Below, piece after piece: positions 44,347 to 50,757 of a stretch of 64,000 nucleotides of DNA (positions are counted from its first letter, which is position 1; the number at the start of each line of letters is the position of its first letter). This stretch comes from Spirochaetota bacterium (lineage in GTDB: Bacteria > Spirochaetota > Spirochaetia > CAKZLE01): assembly GCA_051745285.1 (NCBI GenBank), contig JBNJDX010000005.1, forward strand, positions 303-64,302. Direction: 5' to 3'. A model generated the notes under the pieces. That model saw only the letters and a program-made list of their open reading frames with translations. It ran no database searches and was not told the DNA's origin. The translations under genes and the position numbers were made by a program.

Positions 44347-44928
44347 TCAGAGACCAGGGCTACTGCTCTGGTAAAAGACAGTACCGTCAACAATAATCAG
44401 AGCTTCTCTGATAAACGGAAGAGAGTTTGCAGTTTGAACAATCTGCTTGCAGGCATACTCTGTTCCATCCCTGCCAAACAATCCTTCATTCGTCAGATGA
44501 CTAGAGAGTTCAATATAGGCAGCGCGGTCAGCAATACTGGTACCGATGAGCTTAGTTCCGTCTGGTATGAGGGAGATATAACCTAATTCAAGTTCATCAA
44601 ATGAAGGGCCCCTCAGCAGCCGCTCAAGCAGGTCATTGAGTCCCTGCTGAGAATCAATCGAAGTTGATACGTCGGCTAGCGCCATGGTGCCGTTTGGTTC
44701 AGGCGAGAGAAAAAATACTGCCCCCTGATACTGAGGGGCATGTTCACTACCAGCTGCGGCTGTACTGTCTTGATGCTCCTGTATCAGTTCCTTGAGCCCC
44801 GAGCTTCGGTATGCACGCAGTGCTGCAGGAATACTGTAGGCGGCTACTGCTACAATGACGAGCACCAGTACAAGCCACATAATCGGGGGAATTTTCTCAG
44901 GGTCTGTATGCTTACTGGGCTCTTTCAT
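44347..44928 (-). CDS. membrane-anchored GerMN-domain protein
   Basis: 193 aa. N-terminal TM helix (IMWLVLVLVIVAVAAY). C-terminal region resembles GerMN/sporulation-germination-like domains. Confidence 0.6.
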   Translation of the reverse strand: MKEPSKHTDPEKIPPIMWLVLVLVIVAVAAYSIPAALRAYRSSGLKELIQEHQDSTAAAGSEHAPQYQGAVFFLSPEPNGTMALADVSTSIDSQQGLNDLLERLLRGPSFDELELGYISLIPDGTKLIGTSIADRAAYIELSSHLTNEGLFGRDGTEYACKQIVQTANSLPFIREALIIVDGTVFYQSSSPGL

Positions 44929-45018
44929 GATGGTATTCTAGCGTAATGGACCCGGTAGAGCAACGCCCAGCCAGGAGAGCACATAGGAGCTTTCTCTCTT
45001 GAAGCGGGGTTGGATAAT

Positions 45019-45047
45019 TTGACATCACCGATAAAACTCCGTATAGT
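45019..45047 (+). promoter_or_regulatory. sigma-70 promoter of ptsI (predicts a leaderless mRNA)
   Basis: TTGACA (45019-45024), 17-nt spacer, TATAGT (45042-45047). The ATG is only 10 nt after the -10 element and there is no SD. Confidence 0.55.
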
Positions 45048-45056
45048 GACACTACT

Positions 45057-46808
45057 ATGAGAATATTCAAGGGAATACCGGCTTCCTCGGGCATCGTGAT
45101 TGGAAAAGTTTTTCTCTACTCTACCCACTCGTTGAAGGCCCCGAGGTACTCGATTGATCAGAGTGAAGTCAAACAGGAGCGGGACCGGTTCAACGATGCG
45201 CTGCAGCGGGCGGAGAGCGATCTTGTCAACTTGAAAGACACCACCAAAGATACTGCTCCGGAGAGCAACCTGAATATCCTTGATACCCACATCATGATGA
45301 TTCGCGACCCCGACCTCTCTCAGCAGGTTCACAGCGGGATCGAGCAGAAGCTTATGAATGCTGAGAGTATCATTGAAGATACCATAGCGATGATGATCAA
45401 CTCACTGAAAGATTCCGGTGATGAATATCTGCGGGAGCGGACTATGGATTTATATGATATCCAGAGTCGACTCCTGCATCAGCTGATGTATATCGAACGG
45501 GCTTCCCTTACTGATATCACAGAAGAGGTAATTCTGGTTGCCGATAATCTGCTGCCCTCTGAAGTGCTCACGATGAATCGGCGGTATATCAGGGGCATCG
45601 CTCTTGACGGTGGGGGGAAGACATCCCACACGGCAATTCTGGCTAGAGCCTTTGAAATACCGGCTGTGCTCGGTCTTTCTTCTGTCTCTCAGAAGGTTTC
45701 CAACGGGGACAAGGTAGTGCTCGACGGAAACCTTGGAAAAGTATACCTCCGGCCGAACAAGAATACCGTGAAGGAGTATCAGGGAAAGATAGAGCGGTGG
45801 CAACAGCATGAAGCTGAGCTCCTTTCGTTTAATGATCTGGCAGCAAAAACAATAGACGGGCACCACGTACAGCTCAAAGCAAATATTGAGGTTCCCGAGG
45901 AGGTCGCCTCCTGCCGGTCCCACGGGGCCGATGGAATTGGTTTGTACCGCTCAGAATTCTTGTTTATGCGTCCCGGGGAACACGCCTCTGAGCAGGAGCA
46001 GTTTCAGGCCTACTCGCAAGTACTTGAAGGCATGAAGGACACTGGACCGGTGACAATCAGGACTCTCGATGTTGGCGGCGATAAAATCATTCCGGGGATT
46101 AATGGCTTTGACGAGGAAAACCCAATTCTGGGATGGCGTGCTGTAAGATTTTGCCTGGCTCGGCCGGATGTATTCAAAGTCCAGCTGCGGGCAATGCTGA
46201 GAGCTTCCACGTATGGGAAACTGGGGATCATGTTTCCCATGATCAGCGGGGTTGAAGAACTTGATCATGTTATTCGGATTGTTGATGAGGTTAAACGGGA
46301 ATTCCGGCAGGATAACATTCCTTTTGATGAAGATATTAAACTGGGTTCGATGATCGAAGTTCCCTCGGCAGCGCTGCTTGCAGACGCGATTGCTCGTCGC
46401 GTTGATTTCCTGTCTATCGGAACAAATGACCTGATTCAGTACACCATAGCTGTCGACCGGGGAAATGATAAAATTGCCTATCTCTACCAGCCGCTCCACC
46501 CGGGAGTGTTGCGGCTTGTTCAGTCTGTTATCGAAAAGGGTCATCGTGAGGGAGTACCGGTTGGAATGTGCGGGGAAATGGCCGCAGATCCTCTCTATGC
46601 TGTAGTCCTGTTAGGACTAGGCTTGGATGAATTTAGTATGAGTCCGGCAGGTATCCCAGAAATAAAAAAGATCATTCGTTCAGTGAGGATTTCTGATGCC
46701 CGTCAGCTGGTGCAGAAGATAATCTCCATGGACTCATACGAAAAAATAAACAGATACGTCAGGAACTGGATGAATGAACGCTTCGAATTATACAATAACG
46801 AATCCTAA
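45057..46808 (+). CDS. ptsI: phosphoenolpyruvate-protein phosphotransferase (PTS Enzyme I)
   Basis: 583 aa. Phospho-His motif GGKTSHTAILAR and a PEP-utilising C-terminal TIM barrel. Confidence 0.94.
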   Translation: MRIFKGIPASSGIVIGKVFLYSTHSLKAPRYSIDQSEVKQERDRFNDALQRAESDLVNLKDTTKDTAPESNLNILDTHIMMIRDPDLSQQVHSGIEQKLMNAESIIEDTIAMMINSLKDSGDEYLRERTMDLYDIQSRLLHQLMYIERASLTDITEEVILVADNLLPSEVLTMNRRYIRGIALDGGGKTSHTAILARAFEIPAVLGLSSVSQKVSNGDKVVLDGNLGKVYLRPNKNTVKEYQGKIERWQQHEAELLSFNDLAAKTIDGHHVQLKANIEVPEEVASCRSHGADGIGLYRSEFLFMRPGEHASEQEQFQAYSQVLEGMKDTGPVTIRTLDVGGDKIIPGINGFDEENPILGWRAVRFCLARPDVFKVQLRAMLRASTYGKLGIMFPMISGVEELDHVIRIVDEVKREFRQDNIPFDEDIKLGSMIEVPSAALLADAIARRVDFLSIGTNDLIQYTIAVDRGNDKIAYLYQPLHPGVLRLVQSVIEKGHREGVPVGMCGEMAADPLYAVVLLGLGLDEFSMSPAGIPEIKKIIRSVRISDARQLVQKIISMDSYEKINRYVRNWMNERFELYNNES

Positions 46809-48132
46809 TATACCCTCGGTCGCGATAATAGGGCGACCCAATGTGGGTAAATCAACTCTTTTTAATCGGCTTATCGGTCAGAGGAAGGCAATCACCCATG
46901 CCGAACCCGGGGTCACACGTGATCCCATTTTTGCTCAATGGCAGCTTGCGGACCGACCGGTGGAACTCATAGACACGGGGGGAGTGAAACTCGACCAGGA
47001 GGGGCTGGATGGCTTAGTTACCGATAAAAGCTACCAGGTGCTCTCCGAGGCCGATGTCATTGTGCTGTTAATGGATGTCACAGAGGTTACCCCGGAGGAT
47101 GAGACTCTGGTTGAGGCTCTGAGAGCCCACAGTAAAAAGATCGTACTTGCAGTCAATAAAATTGATACACCGAAGAGGGACGATTTGCTGTGGGATTACT
47201 ACCGATATGGGTTTGAGCATGTAGTCGGACTATCTTCAGCCCATGGTTTGGGTATTGAGGAGCTTGAGGAGCAGCTCATCGAGATGATTGATTTTGAGTT
47301 TTATGACGCCAAAGAGCAGCAGGATTTTGAACAGCAGCCGGTTAAGATTGCCATTCTTGGTAAGCCGAATACGGGCAAGTCGACGTTGGCAAATCAACTG
47401 CTAGGTCATGAAGCTTCAATTGTCAGTGATATCCCCGGCACTACCCGTGATGTTATAGCCGGCAGTTTTTCCCACAAGGGAACCGAATATATTGTGCTTG
47501 ATACAGCCGGTATCCGCCGTAAAAGCAAAGTCTACGACGATGTCGAGTATTACTCTGTCAATCGGGCAATTGCTACCACAGAAGAGGCAGACATCATATT
47601 TCTGATGGTCGATGCCAGTGAAGGGCTTGTCGAGCAGGATAAGAAGATTGCCAACCTCATCGTACGGCGGGGGAAAGGGGTAGTTCTCGTTCTCAACAAG
47701 TGGGATCTGGTCAAAGAAGTTCCAAACCAGATGCAGGCCATTAAGGACAGAACTCGTTTTCAATTTCCCATTCTTGCGTTTGCTCCGCTTGTTCCGATCT
47801 CCGCTCATACAGGTGAAGGTATCTCAAAACTGTTAAGTACCGGCTGGGGGGTTTGGAAACAGCTCAACACACGAGTCGGGACTGCTCGTCTCAATACAGC
47901 CCTGGGAAAATGGGTACAGGCCTATGAACCGCCCCGGGGAAAGCTTGGTCACTTTAAAGTCTACTATGGTACGCAGACAAGCACTGCACCGGTCCGTTTT
48001 CTGTTCTTCGTAAACCGTTCCCATAAATTTCCCCAGGGATATATACAATACCTAACGAATTGTATTCGTCGTGATCTGGGATTTTCTTCAGTGCCTCTGG
48101 AGGTTGATATCCGTGAGAGGTCGCGAACATAG
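46774..48132 (+). CDS. der: ribosome-associated GTPase Der (EngA)
   Basis: Two G domains (GRPNVGKST, GKPNTGKST) plus a KH-like C-terminus. Overlaps the ptsI 3' end by 35 nt. No alternative start lies before the first P-loop. Confidence 0.92.
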   Translation: MNASNYTITNPNIPSVAIIGRPNVGKSTLFNRLIGQRKAITHAEPGVTRDPIFAQWQLADRPVELIDTGGVKLDQEGLDGLVTDKSYQVLSEADVIVLLMDVTEVTPEDETLVEALRAHSKKIVLAVNKIDTPKRDDLLWDYYRYGFEHVVGLSSAHGLGIEELEEQLIEMIDFEFYDAKEQQDFEQQPVKIAILGKPNTGKSTLANQLLGHEASIVSDIPGTTRDVIAGSFSHKGTEYIVLDTAGIRRKSKVYDDVEYYSVNRAIATTEEADIIFLMVDASEGLVEQDKKIANLIVRRGKGVVLVLNKWDLVKEVPNQMQAIKDRTRFQFPILAFAPLVPISAHTGEGISKLLSTGWGVWKQLNTRVGTARLNTALGKWVQAYEPPRGKLGHFKVYYGTQTSTAPVRFLFFVNRSHKFPQGYIQYLTNCIRRDLGFSSVPLEVDIRERSRT

Positions 48133-48893
48133 TGAAAAGGCAAATTGCTGCGGTTGGATTCGACATTGACGGCACCCTCTATCCAGAATGGACCATGTAC
48201 GCTTGTTCGCTGCCTGCATTTTTCCGGGACCCTCTGGTGATGTACCATTATGGCCGTATGCGAAAGACAATACGCTCGCGCCAGAACGGTAGCGAGATGC
48301 TCCTGCCAGAAAATCAACCTGAAAAGCGTCTTCGTACACTCGAGGCAGAAGTTGTGCTTGAACAGATGGGGAAAGAAGCGACGCCTGAGGCGGTTTCCAA
48401 CATCCTGCTGCGTATTGAGCAGCATCTTTATACACTCTGGCAGCGAAGTTTTTCTCGAATAAAGCCCTTTGACGGGGTGGTGGCACTATTCTCCCGTCTG
48501 CAGCAAATGGAGATACCGGTAGGGCTTCTCTCAGATTTTCCACCGGGTATTAAGCCGCGGGCCCTGGGAGTTTCGGCCATGGCTGCTGTGGTTTGCGGTT
48601 CCGAGGAGTCAGGCCGACTGAAGCCGGATGTCGCTCCGTTCAGGATGCTGGCCGACCGGCTCGGTGTTCAGGATTACTCCACATTGCTGTACGTGGGAAA
48701 CAGTTACAGTAAAGATATCATCGGGGCAAAGCAGGCCGGTATGCAGACTGCCTACTTCGTCCGCAGTCAAAGACGCGCGGCTCGTGAGAGCTTTGCAGCA
48801 AAATGCCCTAGCGCTGACTTTATCTTTAGTCGTTTCAGTGAATTGGAAGCATATATTCTTGCTGCAGAAACGTCACAGCAGGGAAGCGGCTAA
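48132..48893 (+). CDS. HAD-superfamily hydrolase
   Basis: GTG start overlapping the der stop. Motif I FDIDGTLY. Late GNSYSKD motif. Confidence 0.75.
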   Translation: MKRQIAAVGFDIDGTLYPEWTMYACSLPAFFRDPLVMYHYGRMRKTIRSRQNGSEMLLPENQPEKRLRTLEAEVVLEQMGKEATPEAVSNILLRIEQHLYTLWQRSFSRIKPFDGVVALFSRLQQMEIPVGLLSDFPPGIKPRALGVSAMAAVVCGSEESGRLKPDVAPFRMLADRLGVQDYSTLLYVGNSYSKDIIGAKQAGMQTAYFVRSQRRAARESFAAKCPSADFIFSRFSELEAYILAAETSQQGSG

Positions 48894-49624
48894 CGCGGCA
48901 GCTCAGCGCGAAATACCACGGTATCCCCTCGGATAAGGCTGCGCCGGAACTCAACGACAGATCCGCCTTCCTGTCGCGTGATACGTTCTGTTTGGAAGAT
49001 AGGGGAGTTGTTGGGTATCCCCAGCAGTCTGGATTCGTACTCATCTGATATTTGCGGCGTGAGATACTCTGTGGCCTCGGCAATCGGGATGCCGTGTCCG
49101 TTTTCCAGCAGTTTGACCAATGACTGATTATCATCAAGTTCCCCTAGTAAGTCAGGAGCCACAAAGCAGGGGACAAAAATGGTCTCCAAACTGACGGGTA
49201 AATCATCAGTCACCATTCGAAGGCGCACAATCCGATAAAACTTCTCCCTTGGCGGGAGGGCAAAGAGCGTGGCGAGATCTTCAGTTGAGTCGATCACCGT
49301 TGCCTCAATGGTCTTTGATCTGGCCGGTTTGCCTGAATCACCGACTTCAATGCCAAAACGGTAGAGGTGATCAAGTCCCTGTTCGATTTTCTTGGAGGCG
49401 ACTACTGAGCCTTTACCGCGTTCTGTCTGGATGGCACCCTCTCTTTTGAGCATTTCGAGGGCTTTCCGAACGGTCATTCGGGTGACGGAAAATTCTTCAG
49501 CAAGTTTGTATTCGGAAGGTATGGTACTCTGCTCGGCATAGATACCATTTCGGATGCGGTCAAGCAGAATATGTTTTATCTGCACATAATAGGGGATATA
49601 GCTGTGCTTGTTTAAAACCGTCAC
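48890..49624 (-). CDS. GntR-family transcriptional regulator, HutC subfamily (UTRA domain)
   Basis: wHTH (SEYKLAEEFSVTRMTVRKALEMLKREG) plus a UTRA-like effector domain. GTG start after AAGGTAGG. Confidence 0.88.
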   Translation of the reverse strand: MTVLNKHSYIPYYVQIKHILLDRIRNGIYAEQSTIPSEYKLAEEFSVTRMTVRKALEMLKREGAIQTERGKGSVVASKKIEQGLDHLYRFGIEVGDSGKPARSKTIEATVIDSTEDLATLFALPPREKFYRIVRLRMVTDDLPVSLETIFVPCFVAPDLLGELDDNQSLVKLLENGHGIPIAEATEYLTPQISDEYESRLLGIPNNSPIFQTERITRQEGGSVVEFRRSLIRGDTVVFRAELPR

Positions 49625-49644
49625 GAAAACCTACCTTTCGGTCT

Positions 49645-49674
49645 ATGGTACTAGAAGGTCCTGAGGCGTGTCAA
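49645..49674 (-). promoter_or_regulatory. candidate promoter of the gntR gene
   Basis: Minus strand: TTGACA (49674-49669), 18-nt spacer, TACCAT (49650-49645). A degenerate HutC-like box, GTCTATGG, overlaps the -10. Confidence 0.4.
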
Positions 49675-49711
49675 TAAACAGGCCGGGGCTTAAGCACTCC
49701 GACCTGTTTAT
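49674..49711 (-). terminator. intrinsic terminator after the small lipoprotein gene
   Basis: ATAAACAGG/CCTGTTTAT outer stem with a GC-rich inner pairing. On the minus strand the CAGG...CCTG core is followed by TTTATT. Confidence 0.5.
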
Positions 49712-49728
49712 GATTGACTCAGGGTTTT

Positions 49729-50064
49729 TTACATACCTGGAGCTGTACCTCCGGTGCCTCCAGCACCCCCGGCACCGCCGTCGACCGGAGCCTCTTCAGG
49801 TTGCTCAGGGACCTCGATACCTTCTTCGAGAGATGTAATTTCTTCTCGGAGCTTGGCCAACTCCTCAGCTACAGCTGACAGTTCTTCCTCGTCTTCTGCA
49901 TCAAGAGAACCGATTCTGTTTTCCAGATCGCTTACCCGTTCATTTGTACTCTGCAGGTTCTCCTTTATCTCTTCTGCTTCTTCAACTGACAGTCCTGCTG
50001 AGCAGGAGGCGAGCAGAAATATCACTGCCGCCGCTAATCCGATGATACTTGCATAACGTCTCAT
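49729..50064 (-). CDS. small acidic coiled-coil lipoprotein with Gly-rich tail
   Basis: 111 aa. Signal peptide plus lipobox (FLLAS-C). Heptad-like acidic helix. C-terminal GGAGGAGGTGGTAPG. SD AAGGAGAG 6 nt upstream. Confidence 0.75.
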   Translation of the reverse strand: MRRYASIIGLAAAVIFLLASCSAGLSVEEAEEIKENLQSTNERVSDLENRIGSLDAEDEEELSAVAEELAKLREEITSLEEGIEVPEQPEEAPVDGGAGGAGGTGGTAPGM

Positions 50065-50530
50065 AGTAGTCTCTCCTTGTACTTCGATTATTATTCAATG
50101 GCCTGAAAAGACCACCGAGCCTTCTTGCTGTCTCCCCGAAACAGCCGCTGCAGATGCGTCGGCCTATCGGGACCCTGCTGCAGCGCAGCAGGAGTTTTGT
50201 TATAGCCTCGCGGCTTAGAGCCGTGTCCGAACATTGCTTAAGCCGTTTGTGTATCGGCAGGTGCATACACACCCTGCCCCCAGTTCCATGGTCTTCAGGT
50301 TCATCCTGCCCGCACTGACCTGGTCTCAGGATGTTCCTGGTGGTCTAAGCATGCACCTCCTTCACAGCTGCAAACCTCAAAAAGATTCCCAGCAGCGTGA
50401 TACCCTGTCCCCACGCTGGGGCGGTCTGCTCGTTTAACGGCCCGTATCCTGTAAAACCCAGCACTTCTCTCTTTGCTGGTTAACGGCAGACCAGATAAAA
50501 CTGGATTACCGGCATCCAGAAGCTATTACA
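50065..50530 (-). ncRNA. unclassified structured 5' leader / candidate large ncRNA
   Basis: GC-rich stretch between the promoter at 50537-50565 and the lipoprotein ATG. Contains at least eight perfect 5-8 bp helices and one long-range 8-bp closing helix. No credible ORF and no family match by eye. Confidence 0.4.
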
Positions 50531-50536
50531 TATACT

Positions 50537-50565
50537 AGTATAGACATGTATACTAATACTGTCAA
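50537..50565 (-). promoter_or_regulatory. near-consensus sigma-70 promoter with overlapping palindromic operator
   Basis: Minus strand: TTGACA (50565-50560), 17-nt spacer, TATACT (50542-50537). GTATAGAC (50538-50545) fits the HutC-family GTnTAnAC box. AGTATA-N6-TATACT palindrome at 50537-50554. Confidence 0.6.
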
Positions 50566-50633
50566 GAGTTGTAAATAAATTTTTTCAACGGGTTCGTATA
50601 CACACCTCTTTGGCGGCTGAAAACCCGAACAGA

Positions 50634-50662
50634 TTGACAACTCATACCTTTTCAACGACAAT
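50634..50662 (+). promoter_or_regulatory. weak candidate promoter for the acidic coiled-coil protein gene
   Basis: TTGACA (50634-50639), 17-nt spacer, GACAAT (50657-50662). Confidence 0.3.
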
Positions 50663-50757
50663 AGCAACGTGGAAGCAAGCTTGAGCTAAGCATGCATTTC
50701 AGGTTGGGTGGCAGCGATTGTTGCGTACGATTTCCGTGTCTCACCAAGGTGGTTAGA

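Noticed and set aside
50300-50326. Minus-strand CCAGGTCAGTGCGGGCAGGATGAACC, which shares its first 9 nt and about two thirds of positions with the 4.5S/SRP RNA domain IV consensus
   Set aside because: There is no GNRA-capped hairpin and no complementary 3' strand (AGCA ... CC) to build the conserved internal loops. The similarity is probably chance.
50296-50361. THI-box-like fragments on the minus strand (GGAGGTGC ... CCTGAGACC ... GAACCTGAAG ... GGGCAGGG) that resemble the TPP riboswitch hallmarks CUGAGA and ACCUGA
   Set aside because: The CTGAGA sits inside a 7-bp CATCCTG/CAGGATG stem. No ACCC strand follows it to form P2, and the P5 UAAU loop region and spacing are wrong. The downstream genes have nothing to do with thiamine. 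It needs cmscan for a formal answer, but by eye it is not a TPP aptamer.
49982-50437. Track ORFs 49982-50272 (minus, 96 aa) and 50234-50437 (plus, 67 aa) inside the long leader
   Set aside because: They have no SD. The minus ORF runs into the lipoprotein gene out of frame. Their Cys/Arg/Ser-rich composition is typical of random translation of GC-rich DNA.
50100-50520. Possible cobalamin, FMN, RNase P, tmRNA or 6S RNA gene in the large gap
   Set aside because: The diagnostic strings are absent on both strands: GCCACTG/B12 box, the RFN GGGGCAGGGTGAAATTCCC core, GGAAAGTCCGGGC, and the tRNA-like GGGTTCGAATCCC end. The only resemblance is GGGGCAGGGTG to the first half of the RFN core.
50582-50657. 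9-bp direct repeat TTTTCAACG (50582-50590 and 50649-50657) between the divergent promoters
   Set aside because: It is AT-rich and short with no dyad symmetry, so it could easily arise by chance in promoter DNA. It is noted but not strong enough to call a binding site.
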